Assembly: GCA_963780225.1 (NCBI GenBank)
Contig: CAWAAX010000003.1
Span: 134,971-198,970 of the forward strand
DNA: 64,000 bases
Source: an uncultured bacterium
GTDB lineage: Bacteria > Edwardsbacteria > AC1 > EtOH8
Direction of reading: 5' to 3'
The notes beneath the pieces were generated by a model. It did not search any database. It saw only the letters and a program-made list of their open reading frames with translations, and was not told the DNA's origin. Each line of letters begins with the position of its first letter. Position 1 is the stretch's first letter. The position numbers and the translations under genes were made by a program. Below, one piece after another: positions 35,621 through 45,137 of the stretch.

Positions 35621-36790
35621 ATGTTCCGTAAATTGTTTCCGTGGGCGATGGCTGCACTAATCGTAGTCTTGGTAATAGCAGGCTGCAGCAAAAAGCCGAC
35701 CCCATACGAGGACACGATTCCCACCAACTACGCGCCAAGTTCGGTAATCGCTTATCCGGATACAGTCAATGTTACTGTAAAATGGGTGCGTAACTCCGAG
35801 GCCGAAGCCCAGAGCGGTTTTGGAGGGTATTATGTTTACTGTACCTCTCGGTCTATGACCTATGCCGGACTCGCCACAGATTCCGTGGTAGGATTGGCAG
35901 AGCTTCCGGCCGATAGTTTGCAATATTTTCAGGTTCCCGGTTGCCCGTATTCCGGAATAGATTCCGTGGTGGTGTCAATAGACCCCCTTATTGGCACCAA
36001 ACTGATCAAAGGACAAAAATACTACTTTTACGTCCGGACCATGGTGGACGGTCAGCTTAGCTGGGCTGCCAATTGGTGCCTCAGTTCGCCCAGGCCCGAA
36101 GGCGAGGCGGAGATATATGCCTTTGTGCCGTTTGATACCACCTCCGGGGCTAAAGGCCTTTATTCGGTTTTGGAGCTAAGAAAGATAGCCACGACCCTTG
36201 CAATAGACACAAATCTTTATAAAGTTGCCATCAGCAGCTGGCGGGATACTTTAATTGACTCAACAGTCAGTCCAATTACCACCACCTATACTCCGGCCAC
36301 CGGTGATTCGGTGCTTTGCGGTTACTGGCCGGATACGTTATTGGTTACTCGAAGATCAAAAGCATGGACAGACACCACACATACCACGACCCAGATTAAC
36401 CTATTGAAGACAAGAAACATAAGCACTGTGGTGGCTCCAGTAAGAGTTGCGGATATAGTGGCTGAAAAAATTGACGCCGCCCAGGTAAAATTATGGTCGC
36501 CGAACATTAATCCCACCATACTCTATCCCAAGATTTGGGGCGACTACGGATTAGAAACCTTAATCCAGCCTCTTTCCGGAGGGTGGGGGACTTCGGTGCC
36601 GGCCACTTTTAATACTACGTCTACTTCAGTTACGCTGAATGTCGGAGATACCGGGAATGCCTATCAGCTGAAGCTAAACGGGGACTACTATGCCAAAATA
36701 CGCGTGGACAGCGTAACTACTTCCGGGAACAGCATCAAAGTTAATTTCCATTATGCATATCAATTGGTTTCCGGCTTTAAAAGTTTTTAA
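35621..36790 (+). CDS. Lipoprotein of unknown function
   Basis: Lipobox IAGC; beta-rich; C-terminal GDYYAKIRVDSV...FHYAYQ. Confidence 0.8.
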   Translation: MFRKLFPWAMAALIVVLVIAGCSKKPTPYEDTIPTNYAPSSVIAYPDTVNVTVKWVRNSEAEAQSGFGGYYVYCTSRSMTYAGLATDSVVGLAELPADSLQYFQVPGCPYSGIDSVVVSIDPLIGTKLIKGQKYYFYVRTMVDGQLSWAANWCLSSPRPEGEAEIYAFVPFDTTSGAKGLYSVLELRKIATTLAIDTNLYKVAISSWRDTLIDSTVSPITTTYTPATGDSVLCGYWPDTLLVTRRSKAWTDTTHTTTQINLLKTRNISTVVAPVRVADIVAEKIDAAQVKLWSPNINPTILYPKIWGDYGLETLIQPLSGGWGTSVPATFNTTSTSVTLNVGDTGNAYQLKLNGDYYAKIRVDSVTTSGNSIKVNFHYAYQLVSGFKSF

Positions 36791-36811
36791 CAACGGTTGA
36801 TGCTTTAAATC

Positions 36812-36848
36812 AAAACCAGCCTGCCTGTTTTCAGGCAGGCTGGTTTTT
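36812..36848 (+). terminator. Intrinsic terminator ending the TonB/PorV locus
   Basis: aaaaccagcctgcctg-tttt-caggcaggctggttttt. Confidence 0.9.
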
Positions 36849-36917
36849 GTTTTTACCAAAAGATTTGCCGGTAAAACAGGCATTCCCCAGTTATTTTGAA
36901 TTCACTTAATTTTTATA

Positions 36918-36947
36918 TTGACGGTATTAACAGTTATTTGGTAAACT
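36918..36947 (+). promoter_or_regulatory. Putative sigma70 promoter of smc
   Basis: TTGACG-N18-TAAACT with TG extended -10. Confidence 0.55.
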
Positions 36948-37008
36948 TACAAGCTAAGGGCATAAACTATGTCCCCCGGCCCGGTTTAATAAATTATTGA
37001 GCAATAAA

Positions 37009-40000
37009 ATGTACCTTTCACGGTTGGAAATATTCGGGTTTAAATCATTTCCCCAGAAGATCACGATAGAAGCGGGATCGGGGGTTACCGCCATTGTGGG
37101 GCCCAACGGCTGCGGCAAGACCAACGTGGTGGACGCTATTCGCTGGTGCCTGGGCGAGCAAAGCACCAAGACTCTGCGCTCGGAGAAGATGGAGGACGTC
37201 ATCTTCAATGGGACTAAGGGCGAAAAACCGCTTTCCATGGCCGAGGTCAGCCTGATCTTCTCCAACGAGGACGGCCAGCTGGCGGTGGAGTACAACGAGG
37301 TTTCTATAACCCGGCGGCTGTTCCGCTCCGGCGAAAGCGAATATCTGATGAACAACCGCACCTGCCGGCTTAAGGATATCACCGACCTGTTTCTGAACAC
37401 CGGACTGGGGGCTGACAGCTACTCGATGATAGAGCCAAGGATGATAGAGACCATCCTGTCGGAGGACCGCAGCATTCGCCGCAGCCTGTTTGAAGAGGCG
37501 GCCGGGGTGGCCAAGTACCGCCAGCAGAAAAAGACCGCCGAGCGCCGGCTGGAATCAACCAACGAGGACCTGCTGCGCCTTCAGGATATAGTGGAGGAAG
37601 TGGAGAAAAAACTGCGGTCGCTAAAACGCCAGTCCAGCAAGGCCAAGGTCTACGACCGGTTTCTGCAGGACCTGAAGGAACTGGACCTGAAACTGGCGGC
37701 CTGGGACCATCTGCGGCTGAGCCGGGAACAGGAAAAAATGACCGCCCAGATCAAGGTATTGCAGGAACGGCGGGGCGAGATGCAGCAGCAGCTGGACGAA
37801 CAGGAGAATTCCATAGGCCGGGCCCGGGAATGTCTGGAGCAGAACGAGGAGCAGATCACCGAGGTCCAGAACCGGATCGGGCTGGTATCGGAAGAGATAC
37901 AGAAAATTGAGAACCGGCTGGCGGTGATCCGGGAAAGGCGGTCCGGGCTGGAACAGGCCATGCAGCGCCGGGAGGGCGAGATCAAGGCCCTGCTGTCGGC
38001 CATTAACCGGCTGGAGGCCCGTTCCAAGGAACATCAAAGCGCCCAGGAGCAGACCTCCGTTTCCCTGGCTTCCATGACCGAACAGGTCAAGGGCCGGGAG
38101 GCCGAACTGCTGCGGCTGGAGTCCAACCTGACCTCGGCCAAGCTGGCCCTGGGCGAGGCCCGCCACGAGCTGATGGAGGCCCTTAAAAAGGAGTCCGAGG
38201 GCAAGGAGCAGATTGCCATCTTACTCAGCCGCCAGGAAAGCGCCACCAGGGAATCGGCCAAGCTTTTGGCCGAACAGAAAATCCTGCAGCAGGAAATTGA
38301 GCAGCGGGCCCAAAAACTTTCGGGGCTGATAGAACAGGTGGCGGTGGAGCGCAAGGCCCTGGAAGTGCTGGCCGAGGAAAGAAGCCGCCTGAGGCTTAAG
38401 TCCAAGGAGGCCCAGGACGAACTGCTGCTGTTGAACAACCAGCTGGCCCAGAACGGCTCCTTTCTTTCGGGCCTGGAGAAGGAGCAGGAGCTGCTGGCCG
38501 GCCTTAATAAGCGCTATGAAGGCTACGGCCAGGGGGCCCAGCACCTGCTGTCGCAAAAGAGTGAGCTGGGCGCAGAGATATACCCCCTGGCTGAACTGAT
38601 ACAGGTGGAACCGGGCTACCAGCAGGCCATAGAGGCCGCCCTGGGCGAAAAACTGCAGTGGCTGGTGGTCCCCGACCTCCAGGCCATGAAACGGGCCGGG
38701 CAAATGCTTAAGGACGCCAAGGCCGGCAAGGCCACCCTGCTCCCGGCTGCCCCCTTTGCGGCCGGCTCAGGGTCCAATACGGAGAAAATATCAGGAACCA
38801 GGGGCTGGGCCTCCGATTTCATAAAATGCCCTCCCCAATACCTTCCGCTGATCGCCGGCCTGCTGGATAAGACCGCCATAGTGGACAATGATACGGATAT
38901 TTTCACATTGGGCCGGGAAAACCCCGGACTGACCCTGGTAAGCCTGGAGGGGGAGAAACTGGACCGGACCGGGGCCTTATACACCGGAGGCATGCCCCAG
39001 GGACAATTCGGGCTGCTGGAAAGAAACCAGCGGATAGAGCAGCTGGGAGTGGAGATCTCCGCCTCCCGCCAGGAGATGCAGACCAAGACCGCTCAGATCC
39101 AGTCCCTGCGGGCCAAGTCGGCCGACCTGGCCAAGCGGTCCGAAGAAGTGGACCGGGAGACCGAGAAGCACCAGAAGATGCTGCTGGATTCGGAACGGAT
39201 GCAGGCCGGACTGGCCGCCGATGAAGAGCGGAGCCGCCAGCGGATAGGGGAGGTCTCCATTCTGCTGGAAACGGTTTTGGCCGGAAGCGACCAGCTGGGC
39301 CGGGAATTGAACGCCCTGCAGGATGGTTTCCTGGAATCCAGCGAAAACAACAAGGACGAAAGCCAGCTTTTGACCCTGAGGGAACAGGAGGTTCAGGGTC
39401 TGGAACAGGAGCGGACCCAGAAGGCCGCCGAAGTGAACGCCCAAAAACTGGAACTCTCCGAGTTGAACGCCCGGGCCGAGGGGATCCGGCGGGAGCTGGA
39501 GGAGACCGAGAGCCGCAAGAACGAATCGCTGGAGCGGATCCAGGACCTGAGGGCCGAAGACGAAAACAGCTTTGGCAGCATGGCCCAGCTGCAGCAGGAG
39601 GCCGAATCGCTCAATGTGGAGCTGGAAAAACAATCTTCCCTGCGCAAGTCGGCCATGTCCCAGCGGGAGGAGTTCCAAAAGCAAAGCCAAAAATCGCTGT
39701 CCGACCTGAAGAACGCCGAGGAGGGCATGCACAAGGTGCGGAGGGAACACGAGGACCTGCAGCAGCAGCTTTCCCAGTCCCAGATAGACCTGGGCTCGCT
39801 GAATAACGAGTACGACAACCTGGCCCAGCGGATGCAGGCCGAATACCAGACCGAGCTGGCCGGGCTGCCCCAGCCGGAAGAGTTTGACGAGAACGCCGCC
39901 CGCACCCGGACCGAAGACCTGAAGTTAAAACTCAAGAAACTGGGGCCGATCAATTTTGCGGCCTTTGAGGAGCTGAACGCCGAGGAGGAACGCTACGGCT

Positions 40001-40533
40001 TCCTTTCCAAGCAGCGGGAAGACCTTTTGACGGCCAAACAGGACCTGATGACCTCCATCACCAAGATCGACGAGACCGCCCGGGCCATGTTCCTGGAGAC
40101 GCTGGAGGGGATCAAGAAGGGTTTCGTCCAGATATTCCAGCGGCTGTTCATCGGGGGCGAGGCCGAGATCCGGCTGACCGGTAGCGAGGACCCGCTGGAG
40201 GCCGAGATCGAAATCCTGGCCACCCCCGAAGGCAAGAGCATGAAATCCATCACCCTGCTCTCGGGCGGGGAGAAGACCCTGACCGCCACCGCCCTGCTGT
40301 TCGGCATCTACCTGGTGAAGCCGGCCCCCTTCTGCGTGCTGGACGAGATCGACGCCCCCCTGGACGACGCCAACGTCCAGAGGTTCTGCAAAATGCTCAA
40401 GGATTTTTCCGCCAGCACCCAGTTCATGGTGATCACCCACAACAAGCGGACCATGGAGGCGGCCGACCGGCTGTACGGCGTGACCATGGAACAACCGGGG
40501 ATCTCCAAGATAGTTTCGGTCAAATTCGACTGA
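37009..40533 (+). CDS. smc: Chromosome segregation protein SMC
   Basis: GFKSF, GPNGCGKTN (Walker A), coiled coils, hinge AIEAALGE, LSGGEK, LDEIDAPLD, ITHN. Confidence 0.97.
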   Translation: MYLSRLEIFGFKSFPQKITIEAGSGVTAIVGPNGCGKTNVVDAIRWCLGEQSTKTLRSEKMEDVIFNGTKGEKPLSMAEVSLIFSNEDGQLAVEYNEVSITRRLFRSGESEYLMNNRTCRLKDITDLFLNTGLGADSYSMIEPRMIETILSEDRSIRRSLFEEAAGVAKYRQQKKTAERRLESTNEDLLRLQDIVEEVEKKLRSLKRQSSKAKVYDRFLQDLKELDLKLAAWDHLRLSREQEKMTAQIKVLQERRGEMQQQLDEQENSIGRARECLEQNEEQITEVQNRIGLVSEEIQKIENRLAVIRERRSGLEQAMQRREGEIKALLSAINRLEARSKEHQSAQEQTSVSLASMTEQVKGREAELLRLESNLTSAKLALGEARHELMEALKKESEGKEQIAILLSRQESATRESAKLLAEQKILQQEIEQRAQKLSGLIEQVAVERKALEVLAEERSRLRLKSKEAQDELLLLNNQLAQNGSFLSGLEKEQELLAGLNKRYEGYGQGAQHLLSQKSELGAEIYPLAELIQVEPGYQQAIEAALGEKLQWLVVPDLQAMKRAGQMLKDAKAGKATLLPAAPFAAGSGSNTEKISGTRGWASDFIKCPPQYLPLIAGLLDKTAIVDNDTDIFTLGRENPGLTLVSLEGEKLDRTGALYTGGMPQGQFGLLERNQRIEQLGVEISASRQEMQTKTAQIQSLRAKSADLAKRSEEVDRETEKHQKMLLDSERMQAGLAADEERSRQRIGEVSILLETVLAGSDQLGRELNALQDGFLESSENNKDESQLLTLREQEVQGLEQERTQKAAEVNAQKLELSELNARAEGIRRELEETESRKNESLERIQDLRAEDENSFGSMAQLQQEAESLNVELEKQSSLRKSAMSQREEFQKQSQKSLSDLKNAEEGMHKVRREHEDLQQQLSQSQIDLGSLNNEYDNLAQRMQAEYQTELAGLPQPEEFDENAARTRTEDLKLKLKKLGPINFAAFEELNAEEERYGFLSKQREDLLTAKQDLMTSITKIDETARAMFLETLEGIKKGFVQIFQRLFIGGEAEIRLTGSEDPLEAEIEILATPEGKSMKSITLLSGGEKTLTATALLFGIYLVKPAPFCVLDEIDAPLDDANVQRFCKMLKDFSASTQFMVITHNKRTMEAADRLYGVTMEQPGISKIVSVKFD

Positions 40534-40591
40534 GACCTTTAACCACATTTGTCCCGGCAGGAAGAACACGGGGAAAGACAGGGAGCGATAG

Positions 40592-41506
40592 ATGCAAAGA
40601 GGGTATCAGTTAAGCGATCTTAAAATATGCCCCGGCCAGGGGGCGGCCTGCCCCATCCAGATGTTCATCAACCCGGACGAGGCCGAGAAAAAATATCTGG
40701 TCTCCGAGCTGAAACTGGACGAACACACCCTTAATTCCGCCCTGGACCCGGACGAACAATCCCGGCTGGAATTCGAGCCCGATCATCTGGCCCTGATACT
40801 AAAGCGGCCCCAGAACTATTCGGCCCGGGAGGAGTTCCTGTTCAAGGTCTCTTCGTTCGGGCTGTTCCTGTTCAAGGACCGGCTGGTGGTGGTGGTCTCC
40901 GAGGACATTCCCCTGTTCGAAGGCAAGATATTCAACAAGGTCAGCTCGATCAACGACGCCGCCCTTAAGCTGATCTACCGGTCCATCTACCATTTTGTGG
41001 AGCATTTGAAGATCATCAACATGGTCTCCGATTCGCTGGAGTCCAAGATCAGCTCATCGATGGAGAACCGCTATCTTTTGAACCTGTTCACCCTGGAAAA
41101 AAGCCTGGTCTATTACCTCAACGCCATCAACTCCAATTCCACGGTGATCGAAAAGCTCAAATCCAACTCCGCCAAGATCGGCTTTACCCAGGAGGAACAC
41201 GAGTTTCTGGACGACGTCACCATCGAGAACAACCAGTGCTACAAGCAGGCCGACATCTATTCCAACATCCTGGCCGGCCTGATGGACGCCCGGGTCTCCA
41301 TCGTCTCCAACAACCTCAACGTGTTGATGAAGACCCTGAACATCATCACCATAGGAATAATGGTGCCCACCTTCGTGGTCAGCGCCTTCTCCATGAACGT
41401 CAAGATCCCCATCCAGGACCATCCGCTGGCCTTCTGGATGATCATTGGTTTGGCCCTGGTCTCGGTGGCCGGGTTCATGATATTCTGGCGTTTTAAGAAA
41501 TGGTAA
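40592..41506 (+). CDS. CorA-family magnesium transporter
   Basis: ALDPDEQSRLE, SNNLNVLMKTL, FSMNV (GMN-motif variant), two C-terminal TM helices. Confidence 0.88.
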   Translation: MQRGYQLSDLKICPGQGAACPIQMFINPDEAEKKYLVSELKLDEHTLNSALDPDEQSRLEFEPDHLALILKRPQNYSAREEFLFKVSSFGLFLFKDRLVVVVSEDIPLFEGKIFNKVSSINDAALKLIYRSIYHFVEHLKIINMVSDSLESKISSSMENRYLLNLFTLEKSLVYYLNAINSNSTVIEKLKSNSAKIGFTQEEHEFLDDVTIENNQCYKQADIYSNILAGLMDARVSIVSNNLNVLMKTLNIITIGIMVPTFVVSAFSMNVKIPIQDHPLAFWMIIGLALVSVAGFMIFWRFKKW

Positions 41507-41630
41507 AAGGATGATTTCCCGAAGTAGACAGGATTTACATGATGAACTGGGAATACCAATCTAACTTGCTTAGGGAAAGTAGAAAGAATATGGTGGGTTT
41601 GGTAAAAACACAGACATATGCTTAATTATG

Positions 41631-41830
41631 TTCTTTTTCTTTTTTGTCCCGCCAACTAAGAAAAAGAACCAAAAAGAAAAAAGCTCGTCGCTTAAAACTC
41701 TCCGGGCGTTGCGCTTCTCGTTGCTGGCGGGCTTGTCTGAACTCGGGCTTTTGCCAAGCCCTCAAACAGGCGCAGACAAGCTTTTTCCGCCATCAACTGC
41801 GATGCTCCCTGATCGTTTTAACGCGACAAA
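41631..41830. repeat. About 200-bp nested-hairpin element (MITE-like or structured RNA)
   Basis: Pairs: ttctttttctt/aagaaaaagaa; gtcgcttaaaac/gttttaacgcgac; gttgctggcgg/ccgccatcaac; gcttgtctg/cagacaagc; gggctt/aagccc. Confidence 0.7.
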
Positions 41831-41975
41831 CGGGGTTGGTACCGGGTATTTAACCAGTTTCCTAAGTTAATTGAATTATTTAACTGGATTTCAAAATAAG
41901 GCAACATTGCCTGATATTAGAAGATAAGGTGGGTGGTTTGTTTTGGAAGTGTCTGGAATTGAACGAACAAGACGC

Positions 41976-42878
41976 ATGAACATTTTTAAGTCACTAAAAG
42001 AGGGGTTGAGCAAGACCCGCCAGGGGGTATTGGGACGGATCTCCGAACTGTTCACCGGGAAAAAAGCTCTGAGCGCTTCCGAATACGGGGAGCTGGAGGA
42101 GCTTTTGCTTTTGGCGGATGTCGGGCCCCAGGCCGCGGAAAAGCTGCTGGAATCGGTCAAGAACGGAGACCAGGAACTGACGGCTATCGAACGGCTGAAG
42201 CGGGAGATGAGCGCCATTCTGGCCCTGAATTCAGAATTCAGAATTCAGAATTCAGAATTCTTGGATAAGCCCCAGGTTTGGTTGATCGCCGGGGTCAACG
42301 GTTCCGGCAAGACCACCACCATCGGCAAGCTGGGGAACATGCTCATCACCAATGGGAATAAGGTGATGCTGGCGGCGGCCGATACTTACCGGGCGGCGGC
42401 CATCGAGCAGCTGGAACTATGGTCTAAAAAGACAGGGGCCGGCTTTGTGGGCTCGGCGCCCGGGGCCGACCCGGCCAGCGTGGCCTTTGATGCGGTCAGC
42501 GCCGCCCAGGCCCAAAATGCCGATGTTCTTCTCATAGACACCGCCGGCCGGCTGCACACCCAGAAGCACCTCCGGGATGAACTGGTAAAGGTGCACAGCA
42601 CCATTGCCAAAAAGATGCCCGGCGCGCCCCACCAGACACTGCTGGTGCTGGACGCCACCACCGGCCAGAACGCGCTTTCCCAGGCCCGGCTTTTCTCGGA
42701 AGCCATCCCGGTCAGCGGGATCGTGCTGACCAAGCTGGACGGCACCGCCAAGGGCGGGATAATGCTGGCCATAGCCCAGGAGCTGAAGCTTCCGGTGGTT
42801 CTGGCCGGGGTGGGCGAAGGGGTGGGAGACCTGAAGGTCTTTGATGCAGAAGAGTTTGTGGAGGGGGTCCTGGGATAG
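41976..42878 (+). CDS. ftsY: Signal recognition particle receptor FtsY
   Basis: LKEGLSKTR, GVNGSGKTTTIGKL, AADTYRAAAIEQL, DTAGRLH, TGQN, TKLDGTAKGG, GVGE. Confidence 0.97.
   Translation: MNIFKSLKEGLSKTRQGVLGRISELFTGKKALSASEYGELEELLLLADVGPQAAEKLLESVKNGDQELTAIERLKREMSAILALNSEFRIQNSEFLDKPQVWLIAGVNGSGKTTTIGKLGNMLITNGNKVMLAAADTYRAAAIEQLELWSKKTGAGFVGSAPGADPASVAFDAVSAAQAQNADVLLIDTAGRLHTQKHLRDELVKVHSTIAKKMPGAPHQTLLVLDATTGQNALSQARLFSEAIPVSGIVLTKLDGTAKGGIMLAIAQELKLPVVLAGVGEGVGDLKVFDAEEFVEGVLG
42227..42260 (+). repeat. Perfect heptamer array (GAATTCA)x4 + GAATTC inside ftsY
   Basis: Seen directly; encodes NSEFRIQNSEF between the N and G domains. Confidence 0.95.
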
Positions 42879-42897
42879 CTCCGGCCTGCGATAATAC

Positions 42898-42926
42898 TTG
42901 ACTTTTCACCGTCAATCAGTTATATT
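42898..42926 (+). promoter_or_regulatory. Sigma70 promoter of the rib operon
   Basis: TTGACT-N17-TATATT immediately before the riboswitch. Confidence 0.75.
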
Positions 42927-42930
42927 TATA

Positions 42931-43138
42931 GCACCTTCAGGGCGGGGCGTAATTCCCCGACCGGCGGTTTAAAAGCCCGCGAACCCGTTTGGACAAACAA
43001 GTAATTCGTAAACTGGTTAATTGGGGTAGGTTTGAACGAAGTCCTAACCAGTTTCCAATTTACCTGATTATTTAAGTTCAAACGGATTGATCCGGTGGAA
43101 TTCCGGAGCCGACGGTAAGAGTCCGGATGGGAGAAGGA
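42931..43138 (+). ncRNA. FMN riboswitch (RFN element) with an enlarged ~100-nt variable stem
   Basis: cttcagggcggggcgtaattccccgaccggcggt...agcccgcga...gatccggtggaattccggagccgacggt..agtccggatgggagaag; upstream of ribD. Confidence 0.95.
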
Positions 43139-43230
43139 CTGATGGATCGGTGAGATCGGATTGCTGATCAAGGCTGAATAAGTGATCTTTCAATAATCCC
43201 GGTTTCATCCATCAGGCTTTAAGCCATGCA

Positions 43231-43260
43231 ATCCCCTGAAGCATATTTAGGGGATTTTTT
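43231..43260 (+). terminator. Hairpin with U-tract just before the ribD start; probable riboswitch expression platform
   Basis: atcccctgaa-gcata-tttaggggatttttt; also covers the likely RBS. Confidence 0.7.
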
Positions 43261-43261
43261 C

Positions 43262-44374
43262 ATGCCCGATACCTTGAACTCAGACCTGCAATACATGGCG
43301 CGATCCCTGGAACTGGCGGTCCGGGCCCGGGGGCGCACCTGTCCCAATCCCATGGTGGGGGCGGTGCTGGTCAATAACGGGGAGATCGTAGGCCAGGGCT
43401 ATCACCAGAAGGCCGGGATGCCCCATGCCGAGATAGAAGCCCTGAACCAGGCCGGGGAAAAGGCCAAGGGGGCCACGCTGTATGTGACGCTGGAACCATG
43501 CAACCACCAGGGCCGGACGCCGCCCTGCACGGAAGCGATAATCAAGGCCGGGATAAAAAAAGTGGTCTATGCCACGGCCGATCCCAACCCCAGGGTCAGC
43601 GGGGGAGGGCACAAAACATTAACCAAAAACGGAATTGAAACGATCGGTGGAGTGATGGAACAAGAAGCGGTAAAAATGAACGAGGTCTACTTTAGCTACA
43701 TGAAGAGCGGACTGCCCTTTGTGACCCTGAAACTGGCGGCAAGCCTGGACGGCAGGATATCAATGGGGCAGGGCACCACCACCGGCCTGTCCGGCGACGA
43801 GGCCCGGCGCTATGTCCACCAGTTGCGGCTGGGTCACGAAGCGGTGATGGTGGGTTCCGGCACGGTGCTGGCCGACGACCCGCAGTTAACTGTGCGCCTG
43901 GTGGACAACCCGGAAAGCAAGCAGCCCACCAGATTCATAACCGACGGCAAGTTGTCGCTTTCCCTGGATTCCAATGTGCTGAACGATGGCAAGGCCAAGA
44001 CCATTATGGTCACCACCTCGGCCGCCGACCAGGACAAGAAAAAGAAGATCGAGGCCAGGGGGATAGATGTCTGGACCATAGGCAAGGACGCCAAGGGCTA
44101 CGTGGACCTGAAGGCCCTGCTCCACCAGATGGGGTTGGACGAGTACTGCAGTCTTTTGGTCGAGGGCGGCGGCAAACTGGCGGCCTCGTTCCTTAAACTG
44201 GGTCTGGTGAACAAGGTGGTGATGATCTATACCCCCAACATCATCGGCGCCCAGGGCGTGGCGGCGGTGGGGGAACTGGGGATCTCCGAGCTCAAGGATG
44301 CATTTAAGCTAAAGGACATGGAATGCCGGATGCTGGGGAAGGATGTTCTTATAGAAGGATATATTGTAAAATGA
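43262..44374 (+). CDS. ribD: Bifunctional riboflavin deaminase/reductase RibD
   Basis: PNPMVGAV, HAE, TLEPCNHQGRTPPC, KLAASLDG, DDPQLTVR, LVEGGG. Confidence 0.96.
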   Translation: MPDTLNSDLQYMARSLELAVRARGRTCPNPMVGAVLVNNGEIVGQGYHQKAGMPHAEIEALNQAGEKAKGATLYVTLEPCNHQGRTPPCTEAIIKAGIKKVVYATADPNPRVSGGGHKTLTKNGIETIGGVMEQEAVKMNEVYFSYMKSGLPFVTLKLAASLDGRISMGQGTTTGLSGDEARRYVHQLRLGHEAVMVGSGTVLADDPQLTVRLVDNPESKQPTRFITDGKLSLSLDSNVLNDGKAKTIMVTTSAADQDKKKKIEARGIDVWTIGKDAKGYVDLKALLHQMGLDEYCSLLVEGGGKLAASFLKLGLVNKVVMIYTPNIIGAQGVAAVGELGISELKDAFKLKDMECRMLGKDVLIEGYIVK

Positions 44375-44419
44375 AAATTTCAAATTGCAGAATGCAAAAT
44401 ATATAATGAGAATTCGTTG

Positions 44420-45004
44420 ATGTTCACCGGGATAATTGAAATAACAGGGACGATCAAGGCTCTTCAGCTTAAATCCAGCGGCGCACAGGCAGAGATCACG
44501 GCGGGTTTCAAGGACCTGGCGCTGGGCGAGAGCATTGCTGTCAACGGAGCCTGTCTGACGGTGGCTAAGATCATAAAGGACGGCTTTGCCGCCGACCTCA
44601 GCCGGGAGACCTTGGATACCACTACTTTCAAGAGCCTCCGGGCCGGCACGGTGGTCAACCTGGAGCGGGCTCTTAAGCTGGGCGACCGGCTGGGCGGGCA
44701 TCTGGTGGCCGGGCACGTGGACTGCCTGGGCCGGGTGGAGCAGGTCATAAAAAACAGCCAGGGCGCAACCATCGAGGTCTCAGCCGATGGCAAATACCTG
44801 AAATACATCATCACCAAAGGCTCGGTGGCGGTGGACGGGATCAGCCTGACAGTGGCCCAGAAGACCGCCCGGGGGTTCAAGGCCGCCGTCATTCCCCATA
44901 CCTGGAAAAACACTAATCTCCAGAGCATTAAGACCGGAGACAGGGTCAACCTGGAACTGGATCAGATGGCGAAATACGTGGAGTCAATAGTAAAGGGCAG
45001 GTAA
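44420..45004 (+). CDS. ribE: Riboflavin synthase (alpha chain)
   Basis: MFTGII, SIAVNGACLTV, VNLERAL, GGHLVAGHVD, KGSVAVDGISLTV. Confidence 0.96.
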   Translation: MFTGIIEITGTIKALQLKSSGAQAEITAGFKDLALGESIAVNGACLTVAKIIKDGFAADLSRETLDTTTFKSLRAGTVVNLERALKLGDRLGGHLVAGHVDCLGRVEQVIKNSQGATIEVSADGKYLKYIITKGSVAVDGISLTVAQKTARGFKAAVIPHTWKNTNLQSIKTGDRVNLELDQMAKYVESIVKGR

Positions 45005-45010
45005 CCATTC

Positions 45011-45104
45011 ACCACAAAAGGCACAAAGGGCACAAATCCAACGCGTCTAACATTATTGCGAAGCAACGATATTACGTTTATGTGATTTATGTGCTATCTG
45101 TGGT
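45011..45104. repeat. Inverted pair of degenerate 9-mer tandem arms
   Basis: accacaaaaggcacaaagggcacaaa ... tttatgtgatttatgtgctatctgtggt. Confidence 0.7.
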
Positions 45105-45137
45105 AAAAAGCGGAATGATATTTTAATAAGGGAATTG

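Noticed and set aside
41628..41870. Small ORFs of 80 and 69 aa
   Set aside because: Low-complexity translations of the hairpin element with no RBS.
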